Part shown: positions 11,193 through 27,340 of the stretch, in pieces | Numbering within the stretch: position 1 is the first letter of the stretch | Layout: the number at the start of each line of letters is the position of its first letter | From: Trichinella spiralis | Lineage: Eukaryota | Assembly (NCBI RefSeq): GCF_000181795.1 | Contig: NW_003526943.1 | Coordinates: 3,685,228 to 3,749,227, forward strand | DNA length: 64,000 nucleotides | Direction of reading: 5' to 3' | Notes under the pieces: generated by a model | The model's input: only the letters and a program-made list of their open reading frames with translations | What the model was told of the DNA's origin: nothing | Database searches by the model: none | Position numbers and translations under genes: made by a program

Positions 11193-14100
11193 TTCACTGG
11201 GTCACCGACAATATCTGAAAATACCCCAGAATTATCGGTAAAACGATTTTTGCTTTAGAATAGCGTCGAATTCGGTCGAACACTACAAGCAAAGCAAAAC
11301 AATGCTTGTCATTTTCACATTCCACAAGCAACCAATGCAACTGATAGATTCATCGCAAATAATTTTGACAGCTATTGTTTGTTCAAGAAAAATGCAAATG
11401 GACCGTCACGCCTCACAATGAATATTACCGTATTTTTAACAAAAAGAAAGTTCAAATACAGTGTAGTGTAGTGTAGTGTTGTGAATCATCATTTGTCAAA
11501 AAATCAATATAATAATTGGCTAAAATTATTGATTACAAGAATGAAAAATTAATTTTTAAATAAAAAATAATAAGCAGTAGTGCTTTTTCAATTAAATTCA
11601 TCAACTTTGAAATTTTTTTCTTCACTTTTGCTTTTTCAATTATTTGAAATTTTTTTTCTTTGCAAAATTTCAATCACATTTCAGCTTTTGTGAAATAATT
11701 TCACCAGCCGCTACGTAAAGGGTAAATCAATTTGACAAGAGAGCAATGAAAAATTTTCAAAGTTCAAATTGCACGACATTTGCAAACTAACGATTTGCTT
11801 TTTTGCGCAAAAGTAAGTTTTCACTTTTGAATTGGATAAAAAGAAAAAACTACTGCTAAAAAGCTTTTCGTCGTGAATAATTTTTAATGGCTGTCCCTTC
11901 CTCCCACCCCTTTCGAATGACGTGATCAAGAATTGAAGCTGTATTGATTGGATTTTCTTTTTATCAAAATATATAATGCATGCCTTCCTCTCACTGGGAA
12001 CTAATGAAGCAGTAGCAGCGGTGAAAAAACTGTATACTGTATGAATAGTTATTCAAAAAAAACAAAAGAAAATAGTTTTTCTCTCTCGAAACAACATTTA
12101 AACAGATGAAATGAAAGTTCACGAAAGAAAGGAAACAATAACTTTGTACCTCCGACAATTGAAAAAAACTGTTAAATATTTAAATAATAAAAGAAAAGCT
12201 TCTGTTAATTATTACACTATTCAACGATAATTTTTTTACCTCGCAGAAATGTTGACAAGCGATGACAAAAAATTATTTATAACAAAAATTTATCAATTTC
12301 TTTCGTAGAATTGACGCAATTCGACAGTTTCGATTTTCATGTACAATTTCTTCGTCAATTGTATTTTTTTCAAAAGCAAAAAAATGCATTATTTCCTACA
12401 AAAAAATAAATATATCATTACTTTTCACGTTGACGTCGACACCAAGCAGCTGTAAACACACATAACATATACACACACAGTTGGATGCTTTGAATGGAAA
12501 ATTGAAAGCTTCTTCTAATTTGTTCATTGTCTTCAATCAAAGTTGAAATTTGTCAATTTATTGGAAATCATTTCCCACTCGTCGCATATGAAAAATTTTG
12601 ATACAATTTTGAAATTTTTTTCTGGTCATTTTCATACCAGTCGTCGTTAGCTGCTGCTTCACACATTCGCTAGTTCTCGTTGTAAATGCAATTTCACTAA
12701 TCACTCTTCCAAAAACATGCAATCACACGAAACTTGAATGAGCAAAAAAAGGAAATAAAAAACAAAACATTTCATCAAGCTTGTTCAATAAAAATATAAT
12801 TGTCATGTTGTATGAAAATCAAGGGAAATTATAAAATCAGATCCAAGTTCTTCTAACCCCCTCCCTGCCCCCCCCCCACACACACACACCCTCCTCCCTT
12901 CTTTTCCAATTGATCACAAAAGCTTCATCAAAATTGCAAATCCAATTCTTGCTTTGCCAATTTCTTTTACATTGCACTTCAATATCACGTCAAATCCGAT
13001 TCTTCAATCTTCAGCAGAGCAAATTCTACGTCACGTATGAAAAAGAAGATATTAGAAATTAAAATTTTTATCTGAGCTGTTTGTTGTTTGAAAATGATCG
13101 CATGCATGCTTCAGTTGGTTGGTTGGTTGGTTAGCTTCTTCTTCTTCTTCTTTTGCATTCGAAAGCGACCATCTGAAAAATGACGTCAACCCAAATTTGC
13201 CAATGATTGCAAAATGGCAAAAACTGGCCCACACAACCGGCATCTTATCACTGTGTGCACGTGAGTGTGTGTGTGTGTGTGCGTATGTGTGGTGTGATCA
13301 GCTGTTTATGGCGTGAAAATTTTCAAAACGTCATCATTTGACAAGCAATTATTTTTCTCAAGTGGGTCTCACTCCAGCTCAACCACATCACAATCAACAT
13401 CTTATCAATTTATCTGAATCCAGATGAAAAATAAAATCAAGAACAACAACAACAGCCGCTGACTATTTTCCTTGCCACCATATTTCTCTGTTCCTCTCCA
13501 GGACACGTTGTCGATCAAACAAATGACGCAATATAAAAGATGACAATAATATTTCAATGAATATATATAAATATATATATTCACTTTCCGCATTATGAAG
13601 GAAAAACAAAAACAAAAAAATATAATAATAAAAATACATTAAAACACCATCATAACTGACCATCTTGTTGGTCGGTAGAAGAAAAAAGTCAACTGAATAA
13701 TATATTTTTTAACAAACTAAAAATGAAAAATCAAAAATATAATAAAAGTAAAACAAACATATCTTCTTATGCTTCTCCATCTTGCACGTATGTGTGCCTG
13801 CATGTATATAATACGCATGTGTGTGTGTGTGTGTGTTTGTATGCGTATGTGCGTGCCAGTTGTGTGCAATTACAGGCTCACAATTTCAATAGAACTGAAA
13901 CCTATCCAAAACTGTCTCATGGCATTTTTTTCACTACGTCACATTTTCATTCATTAAAAAAGAATACATATTTTTAAAAAATTATCTTTTTTTCAAACTA
14001 AGCGAATTCACAGAGAAAAAAATGAACAAGCGCCTATTCTGTTTAGGCGTTTGCCAAGAAAATGAACAATATCAAATTTTGCAGAGTTGTAGTAAAAGAA

Positions 14101-14276
14101 AAAGAAAAAAAGGGAAAGGGAAACAGTGTACATTATAATATCCAAGCATGCAGAGAGGCATACCTGTAAATATGTTGTAAAATTCCCCCTCCAATGTCAT
14201 GCACAACGTAAAGAAACAATGAACGTGCTTGTTATTTCTTCGAATTTTAACTTGTGCGTTAAGCTTCAATTAATTT

Positions 14277-16850
<2,574 letters not shown>

Positions 16851-19299
16851 TTTGACCAACGACAACCAGCAGCTGTTTAAGAACGTTCAAAAGCATCGCA
16901 AGCGCATTTAAACAGCACAATGCACCAACGACAAACAAAGAAAACTTGAACGTTTCCACTGTATCAACGAGAATAATCCACGCTCTAAAGATTCTCAAGT
17001 TCAAATAAATACATATTGGCATACTGTAAAACTTTTGAACACTACTTTTTAGTTTTTGACAAAACATAAATTAAAGTAAATTTATCATGTATTTTAAATT
17101 TAAATAATAATTATCTCTGCAGAATATGCGATTTTTTGAGAGCTGAATTCAAAATGAATAAAATTTTTCGAAAAAAACAACTGTTTTCAATAATAGCATG
17201 CATTAAAATATTTGATGCCAAAAAGAAATATACATATATATATGCTGACTGATCAGTTTTTTGTAATGTTAAATTTTTAATCACATGTTCTGGCAAAACC
17301 ACTTTATTATAATTATCATTTTCTTATCGAAATTTGGTTGTTGTTTTTCTTTAAAAGCTTTTAAAAAGCCAGAGGTTCCAAATGATTTTTAATACAAAAA
17401 AAATTTATTCAATAAAAAACTGTTTATAATTTTACTGCTAATAATACCAGTTAATTTTATGTTTATGACAATTTTTGAAGAATTATTAAAATTAGGTAAG
17501 GAATGGCATCATGTTTAGGTTGTTAGGCATCATCATCATTTTTAGGTTTTCTGGTTTGAAGGTTTCAGTTATTACTTTTGATGTTGTTTAGTCATGCTCC
17601 ACTTAACAAATCAATGAAAAATTTTCAAAGGTCCACTAACAGTTTCAAATATAATCAAAAGCAAATTTCACTCAAAATTTAAATTTTTTGATTTGAATAA
17701 ATTCCTAAATAACTATTCGTTTTCAAATAAGTTATTTGAAGTTTTTAAGTTTACATTTTAAACGTGCAAATTCTGTTGTATTCTATAATTTTAAAACAGC
17801 TCTGCATTATTTTATACACAATTTTTTACTTTTAATATATCATCTATACGTTGCATGCATTATCACGGTTGGGCATAATCAGCAGAATGATTTTTTGCAT
17901 AATATTTCAGTTTGAGTTGAAAAATGTACTAATAATTTGATTACTCTGAAAACAGCTATGATTGCTTCAGTTGTTTCGAAATGTAATAAAAATTTACTTT
18001 TTTGAAAAGCAGTGCTTGACTTTCTTTAAGTGTCAAATTTTGTCAAATGAAATGTATTAAATGCCCCTGGAATGTCATGTAATGTTATTTGATTTTTTCA
18101 ATACTAATTTACTGCTCTAAGTTAATTTAATAAAGTGTTTTTAAAGAAAATCGCATTGCTGCAATGTAATGTTTTATAAAAAATTTATATAATGTAAATA
18201 TGTTCAATAATTTAATTGCTGTTTAATAATTCAATCATAAATGTATTGCGTTATCGATTAACTTGCGTACTTCATTTCACTTGAATATTTATTTTAAATT
18301 TACAATACTTTTTAAATTAAGTGTCAACGGCATGCAATAAAATTTATTTTAAAAAATGATGAAGCATCTTTCTATATGTACATTAATTCAGTTTGTGTTT
18401 TTAATTACTAAAAAAATGTTTTTTCTTATGATTATCGACAGTGACAAAAATATTGATCAACTGAAAGAGTTGTATTCATTTTAGCAGTGAAAAGATTGAA
18501 ATTATTCAGTATTGAATATTATAATGTTTTTAATCAATGAAAAATTTACACTGTTTTATTAGCCTTCTTATACCGTAACAACAGTTATTATTATTATTAC
18601 TATCTACAATAAGATAAACATACATTTCACTTAATAAAAAAAATAAAAATCATAGTTCATATTTTTTTAACTCTTTCAAAAAAATTAATGCAGTTCAGTA
18701 TAATAACCTTTTCTTTTCTATATTTGCCTTTAAATTTTATTCCTGTATGACTTTTTTCAAACTTTAAATTTATTTATAAAACACTTTTTAAAAATTCCTG
18801 ATTATAAATACAACTTTAAGAAAATTATTGTTCTGTGAATGGAAATTTTTTATAATTTGCTGTTATCGTTTGTATTTTTCTAAAATAAAATTTATTTTTT
18901 AATATGAAAATATGAATAGTTTACATTTAAAAAAATACTAAATTAGCTAAATTTGAAATGTTGAATACAAATTGAAAATGATTGTTCATTTCGATTTATC
19001 ATCAATTGTGTCATTGCACTTTTGTCGAAGTATAACGACAAATTTATAAGCTTCATTTCTACATGTTTTTTGTTTTTTCTTGAATAAGAAAATCATTTTA
19101 ATATTATTTGATTCATGATAAAAATTTTGAATGTAAACTTTTGAAAAAAAATGAAATATTGTACAAATTTGCAATATATTTCGAGATGATTGAAATGGAA
19201 GAACAAAAGGAAGCAAAAAAGGGGAAGGGGGGGGGGTTGTTTATTATTTATTGATGGTATTGGTCAAAGGCTAATGGAGAGAATTTTCATTTTGGAACT

Positions 19300-19830
19300 T
19301 CACAATTGACAGCTGCTACTACGTTTTGCCTGACACTGAATTTCCAATTTTCCTCATTGTCACCTCAGATCGTCGTGCACCGTATGAACATTGAGAACCA
19401 TTCGACATCACACCTGCTTGTACAAATATTGATCACATCATTCCGGCAATTTGAAATCTCGACATCGACGAGTTTAAAATTTGCAAACAAGCAACAAACG
19501 GAAAGTATTCAGTTGTAGCTGGCTTCACAGCGTCGTCTCACACCCTGGCACGAACAAACGGTCAGACGTCAGCTTGATGTTTGTTGAAAAGTTTTGCTTT
19601 TGTAGTTAGCAGTGGTCACTTGTTCTGCTGTTCCTCCTTCCTCTTGTTCACTCGGACCGGTCACTGAAGCACTTTTACTTGTGAAATATTTTTCGTACCA
19701 GCGCGGTCACTAGCACTCACTTCCTGCACATAAATTCATTGGCTCTCTACATATTTATTACGCAATGTCAGAATCATTGCATACTAAATGCCATTCCATT
19801 CCCGCTCGCCAGTGGTGCCATTACTCGCTC
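19300..19830. promoter_or_regulatory. Higher-complexity non-coding island upstream of gsk-3; candidate promoter or 5' UTR exon region
   Basis: Balanced composition within very AT-rich flanks, no convincing ORF, donor-like sites on the minus strand (about 19362 and 19411). Assignment to gsk-3 is inference. Confidence 0.35.
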
Positions 19831-22800
19831 TCCTATGATAAAAGTGAGTCAATTTTATTTTACATTTTACTTTAATAATATTTTGACGTATTTTATTTAA
19901 AATGATTATTGCGTTTGCTCACTGTTGTCTTTTTTGGCACATAATTTTGCATGCTTCATGTAAAATTAAAAATATAATTAATAATACGAAATTTCAAAAA
20001 TTCAAGAAAAATAGATGCAAAATAAATGTAATAATTATTATTAACAAGTAAAGTATAATATTTACGATCTGTTAATTTATAGTTTAAAAAGTAAAAAATA
20101 ATGATCCGAAGGTACTTTTTCATTTTTGAAAAATTGAAAAGCAAAAATTGATCAATATTTATATGTGCGTGTGTGTGCAATTTTTTAAAAATAAAACTAA
20201 AAAATTTTTTAATTTTTAAAGTACAAAAATTTTAATTAATTATTAATTTTTTTCAATTTTCATTTTACAGTATGAATTCAGTTTGCAAAAGCGAATAATT
20301 TATTAATAAAAAAGTAAAAAAAACAATGCGAAAGTTTAATTGCTTACATAAAAGATGTGCATATGATGATATTCGGAAATATTTTTCAAATCAATTGTTG
20401 ATGAAAGAAAGAAAAAATTCATGATGATAAAATGTAGACCATTTTGCAAGTTTGTTGTGCAAGTGTAGAAATATGCTCTGTAAGTTGAGCTTTTTTTAAA
20501 ATAAAACGCCTGAAACTTCCTTGTTTTGACTAGACGCTCTTTTGATTTCAGGTGTGCCGGTCAAATTTTTACTTTTTGCATTTTTTTCTACACTGAACTA
20601 TAAACTGATTCGTTGTTTCATTTATTTTGTTATCATCTTTTAGTTTAGTTTTTTTTTCTGTATTTTCTCCTTTGCTTTTAATTATTTCCAAACAGGTTAA
20701 TTGCAGATTGTCCTTCAAATTACAATGATGCAAATTAACAATTGAATAGGCAAGCACAAAATGTGCAAAACAATTCTCAACCCCTCACCTCCCTCCTTGC
20801 CTCTTCGTTCCTTATTTTTTCAACGGTATGACTGATATCGCACGATTAAAATAAATAAATAAATAAATAAATTTTCACTTTATTTTATTTTTAATAATTT
20901 CAATTTTAATTTAAACATTTGTTCTTTTTTTAAAAAAGTTATTTCAAATTTTTCGTTTCGTGTTCAATTAAAACTATACGCCAAGCATGAAATAATCCAT
21001 GTTATTTCTTCTTGATCATTTTGCTTAGCTGTCATTCTGTAAACAATTCGAATTCAGTAGTGGGGATTTATTTGCTCAAAATATATTCTTCACATGAAAT
21101 TGATTTTATTCTAAAAATTACAAAACATTGATTTATTCATCATTCTTCAGCATGAAAGGGATTCAAAAACTTTTTTATTTGTTGACGGACAACAGAAGTG
21201 ATTTAAAAAAAATTTTTTCCATTGTTTGTTGTTCAAGTCTTCAAATATTGCTTTTTCATCATGTTCGTAAAGTTGGTCATTCTGTGATACAATTCAATTA
21301 AAATTTCTATTGTTTATCACAGATCATCAATTATTACAGTGACTTTATGACGCATTAGCATGTATTACAATGTACATAATTTTCGAGTCGACTTACTTTC
21401 ACAATGAATTAAAAAAATATATATGTTGCATTTATAAAATATATTAAATTTTAAAATCAGTGCAAATATTTGCATTTGCTTTGCATCAGTTTTGAGATCG
21501 AATGTAATTTCAATGACATACGGTAATTTTAAATTATTCGTTTTCAAAGTAAATTAAAAATAAGACGATTAATTCACTCAGCAACAGTTGTAAACAATCA
21601 TATGCTGATTCCTAGATATATACAGCAGCAGCAGCACAGTATTGTTCTTTTTTCTTCTTTTTGAACTGAACAATTTCCCTAAACTCACCCAATCACGACA
21701 GCATCATTTAAATTTTAGCTTTTGTTTTAATTTTGCACAATCTATCCACAAAAAGTACTATTTCATCTTTAAATTTTGAAATTTTCAACTCGTCTTCTTA
21801 AGATGAAATGTTGATTTTAAAAGTACTATCCTTGCAAAATATTATGCATAAAAAACTGTAATGTTTCTCAAAATTATCAATCAATTAAACTGACCTGCCA
21901 ATTGAGGAATTTCAAAGTTCACACTTACCGTAAGCCAGTTGGGAAAGCCTACGAAGGACATTTGAAAAAGATGGTCGAATATTTAAATATAAATTTTATT
22001 TTCAAAAAATGTACTTCTCGTTTACGACCTGTGACGTTGATTGGTGCTGCATTTACAAGCGTGTCAAAGTCATTTCTGGCATCGGCTGTAAAAACTGTAA
22101 ACTGCATCGTTTCTGTTGTAATAAACGCAAATAGTCGACTGATGTTTATTCATAAAAATTTTTTTAATTATGCATTTTATCAAGCAATAATTATCCAAAT
22201 TTCTATAAATATATTATAAAAATATTACTGCTCAGCACGGCCCTGAGATTTGCAAGATATATACGGTCAGTCAGCAGGTTATTTAGTTAGTTAATATCAG
22301 GTCAGAAGCGATACTGAATCGACAACAAAGGTCGAGTGATAAAACATGATCATCAGAAGCAAAAATCAATTTTGCTGCTTTTGTTTTTGTTTATTTGTTT
22401 ACAAACTTGTTTTCATCGCTATTCGGTGCAAATAGTTCTGTTTTTTTTGTTTAGTAGAAATAAATTATCGAAAGGGATAATTTTAATAATAATGCTTCAT
22501 CAAGCAAATAAAAAAATTAATATCGTAAATTCTGGATTTTTTGAAATTGCCTTGAAAAGCAAAAAAGAAGGAATGATAATAATTTTTTACGACGTAATTT
22601 GCACAATTTATAGAAAGTCGGTTTTGCAATTGCCCCACAAACGCAGCGATGATTTTATGAATACAGAATTGAAGTAATCATTTCTACTGTTCCACAATGA
22701 GATAAACGTTAAATGTGAAGCTGGATTTTATGTAAATTTTAATGAAGAATTGAATTTTTTCATTTGTAAATCAAGAAAAAAAGTGGGACAATTATTTTTA

Positions 22801-25800
22801 TTTTTTTCTAAAAAAGTAAATCCACTCATTTATTAATAAATAAATTATTAAATTTTCAAAATATTTAATTAAACAATCAAACACAATGATTGATGTATTA
22901 AAAAAGAAAATCTTATTAACTGAATAGAAATATATAAAATAACGAATGAGCTTAATCAATTAAGCAATTAAGCGTATAATTATTTTGATGCTAAGAATTC
23001 ATAAAATTCATTTCAAGGATCACAACCTGAACTTGTGTCTTGAATGACAGAAACAAGAGGCGTACAGTATTTAATATTGGCAAGTTGACCTTTCTGTGAT
23101 TTATAGGGTTGAAAAACTTTTTTTTCTCAATTTGCATACTGAATTTTTACTTCAACACATTACCAACGATGCAATGCCTTGAAAAAAAAGCACTGAACGT
23201 TTTAAAAATTAATTTTGTGATACTTTTTCAAATTAACATTAAACATAACAAAATTTCAAAAAGATTGTAATTTGAAAGAAAATTTTTTAATTTGAAGCAA
23301 TTTTGAATAAAAACAATTATAGTAAAATGAAAAGATATACAGATAGATTGCTAATTTACATAAATTTCACGTAAATAATAAATTAAGTAAATAGTTAGAA
23401 AAACTAATTTATTCAAGTCTACTTTAATAATTTAATATTGCATTTTTTCAAGTTAATCCTCTCTGTACGTATTATATTTTATCCAAAATTACGCTATTAT
23501 CATCTTTTGTGCAGTCTGTTGAATGACGTTTTATTACAAATAAATATATATACGTATATGTATATATTCACACAATAATTGTGAAATTACTTTTCTGCTC
23601 TTTGCTTTTGTCTACACAGCAATCCTAAAGCAACATCACGAAATCGAATCAAGGTACACACAGATGTAATTAGAAAAAACAAAAAGAATGAAAATTAATT
23701 TGCATAATATTAATGTTGTTTTTTCGAATTTTTAAAAAAAAAATATTCAACAAAGCAAATAGAATGAAAAGAGTTGAACAACAATTTCGAGTATTGCACT
23801 TTGCACGGTTTGTTTAAGTGTACAAAACAAAACGTGTAAATTTTTAAAATTCAACTCATGTTCTGTAAAAAATTGCTGCAATTTGATCATCTGCATTTAT
23901 TTGATATCTCTTTTTGTATTATCAGTAAATATAAGAATGTAAAAGCGAGAAGCAATTTTTTGAATCATTTCACACTAGATCAATTCATAATTCACAAACA
24001 GTATTATATATAACGGTATGAAATCTTCTTCTTCACAAATGTTGAAAATATCCAATGTCGATTAAAACATTACTACCAGATAATATCCCCTTGTTGTTGT
24101 TGTCATTCGTCATCAGCTGCTGTTTCTTTAGTAAGCTTTTATAATTAATAATAAATAACATTTGTTTATTTTTATTTAAGAAAAAAATTTTTTTTTAAAT
24201 CGAATCAAATGTTTCAAACGTGTGTCGTGTCATTGTATTATTACGATATCTTGGTTAAGGTAACAAGACTTACTTGTTGTTGTTGTTGATGATGATGATG
24301 CTGCTGTTGTTGTCCTAAGTTGACCGTTAGCTGACAACAGGCGACACTTTGTGTATAAGGATTGATCGTGGCCAGTGATAAGGTGGGCAACGCGCGTCCG
24401 GCTAATAACTGGGGTGACGTTGTCTTCTCGGCATGCACGGCGGTCAAGGGGGAAAAGGGGCCGACATACTGTTGCTGACCTTCCGCGTGGACAACGAGCC
24501 GCCAACATCTTCTCCAACTTGGCATACCTTGTCTACATGCATACTTGTATGCATGTCTGCATACAGGCAGGCATGCATAAATGCATGTTGTCTTCCAAGT
24601 CGGCCTTGACACAAAGGCGCATACACCGCCAGCTCTGCATCTGATGTATCTGTCTGTTTCTGTGCGCATGTGTGTGGACAACAATCGCTCCGGTTTTAAC
24701 AAACACAATTTTCCGTAAAGCGTCCAACTGTGACATATTCATTATTGCTTAATTTTCTACCCTTTTATCAACATGCGACTCTCATTTTCTCTGCCCTCTA
24801 TATACATATATGTACATTGTCTATTCAATTGAAGTTCTACATACCCGTATTTTTGTACCTCTTTCACTCATTTACCACAAGTAAGCAGATTTATTTTCAA
24901 TTATCGTTTCATTATTAAATGAGTTTTAAAAAAATTTAAGCATTTTTGTAATATTCTATTAAATAGGACTAATAATTGAATTATTCTTGCGGATCATAAG
25001 CTCAAAAAAAATGACAATCAACTGTAACTAAGAATATTTGAAATTAGCATAAATCAGAACAGAATAGGACAGAACATGAAATAATCAGGCGAGAATAAAT
25101 GATTTCGATTTTTGAAGAGAATTTTAATAAGAACAATAGACCGTCGTGATCTATCTGCCATGTTGTCACAATTAAACTGCGGAAGCATTCAATGCGCTGA
25201 TTTTTGACAGAAGCTGATAACGGTTATCGATCGACAAAATGACTGTCATTTTCAGACAAATTTGACAAAAAAGGGAGCAATTAGAATTTTATAATGATTG
25301 CGATGAAAAACAACGATAATAATAATTATTGTTATAAAATATTTCTCCTTATTATAAATGCTTGTTTAATGGGAAAAAATTATCAACAATTTCATTCTCA
25401 TGTATATATTTCAAAGTCAGCATTTTCATTGGAAAATCAAATGGGCAATTACTTTTTTTATTTTTTCTTTTCACGTAAATGTATTAATAAAATTTAAATT
25501 TATCGATACATTTGTGATATGAAATATGAAAAAAATATCAAAAGTATTTGAAAATATCAAGAATATTATTAAAACAAACAGGTTTAATTTCTGCTTTTCA
25601 TGCAACGTTGCTCATTTCCAGTTGTGAAAAGAAATATGCGAAAATAGATAACATTCTAGAGAAATAAAATAGAAGGTTTTAATTTTCACACAATATGTTT
25701 GCATATCAATTGGAAGGCTAATATTTCTTATATTTTATGTTTAACAAAAGGAGATTTGTATAAAATTGCAAAAGTATCGATTAATTTCATTTTTAACAAA

Positions 25801-27186
25801 CTAATGGCATGTTGTTAAATGTGCAAATGTTAAATGAAATATTGTATCCGCTTTAAAAATGAATATTTTAATGAATAATCAAAAAATTATAGTAAACAAA
25901 CATTTCTTGACATTATAATCACTCAACTTTACCGGTATTAGTAGATTATTAATTAAAATGCCTATATTGATCATTTTCATTTATACCTCACTCTAATTGG
26001 ATATGCATGTGTAGATATTTCAACTTTTTGCATTTCTTAGATGATATGTTTATTTAAAAAAAATTTTTATTAAATAAAAAAAGGAAGCAAAAAAATTGAA
26101 ATACTTTATAAAATAGCATGTAAAATTGTTATTTTTATTTTTTGATAACTTCTTGACTTTAGCATTTTGCGTCATTATTAGCAAGCTAAATTTGTAAGAA
26201 TATTTCAAGTTTTACAGCTTGATCCTTTTTATTTTGCTTTGCACAACTGTATTTTTTACAAATAATAATAAAATTACAATTAATCTAAATCATTAATAAT
26301 TAATTATTGTTTTTAATTAACAACTTTTTGCTGAATTATCAAACATTTGCATTTTAATTTTGATTTAGAAAATCCGTTATATATATATTCGTATTGAACA
26401 AATTTAAATATGTCTTTGACAGTTTTTTGATATTCATTGTACCAGAAGAGATGTAATACTTTTGAAAGTGCAAAAATTAAAAGTAATGCATTGAAAAAGA
26501 ATATTTACAACTCCAGTCTGATAGTTATAGCAAGATTATAAAGACCAGTAAGAAATTGTTAATTTGTTTCAAATAAACAGGTTTAAAACGAAAAATATTC
26601 CAAGGATAAGCTTCACAGATATCATTTTAATGTAATAATGCAAGTTATAATGAAAAATATATATCATTTAATGGAAAAATTAAATGTTGTTTAATTTCAA
26701 TTACAAAATTTTAATTACGAATGATATCTTATAGATTTTTATTAAGAGGGCAATATGTTGACATGAAATTTCTATTCTTTCAAAGATGACTATTTTTGCA
26801 ACAGAAAACAGGATGTTTTCAGTTTGGATATTTTAAAAGTTGATCTCATTTATTGAATAAATGAATCTGATAAGATTTTGAATTTCATGATTTTTCTATT
26901 ATTAATATGGTTTGAAATTGGAAAAAATGATCAACAATAATTCATAAATATCAGGTGAAATTATTGTTGCAGACTACAAAGCCGTCTATTTGCCGTGTTT
27001 ATTGTATTTTGTTAATTGTTCTGCGAAATATTGGAGAATTTTTTAAAATGCACATGATTATATGTTTAATAATATGCATATTCACTGCAATTTTTTCTTT
27101 GTAAAAATGGTTTCCACAGAACTTTTCAGTAATGCATGCATTCAAAGAAAATTATTATTTTTTTAGTGAAAATTGCTTTTCATTTG

Positions 27187-27340
27187 ATTACGCTTTAAAA
27201 GTAGTTGTCAAGATGACGGTTATAAAAAAAACTGTACGCATTACTTCATTTTCAGTTGTTAAAAATAATATAATTCTTTATTTTCCATTTTTCAAATAAA
27301 ATCCAATCAAAAAAATATTATTTCAATAATATTCACTTTT
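27187..27340 (+). repeat. About 155-bp dispersed direct repeat, copy 1
   Basis: ATTACGCTTTAAAA.TAGTTGTCAAGATGACGGTTATAAA...TTGTTAAAAATAATATAATTCTTTATT...TATTATTTCAATAATAT recurs at 28840-29000 with small indels. Confidence 0.9.

Noticed and set aside
20506..20560. ACGCCTGAAA...TTTCAGGTGTGCCGG recalls the outer stem of a mir-87 precursor
   Set aside because: The miR-87 seed (TGAGCAA) is absent, the inner region does not pair, and TTTCAG is the common splice acceptor motif.
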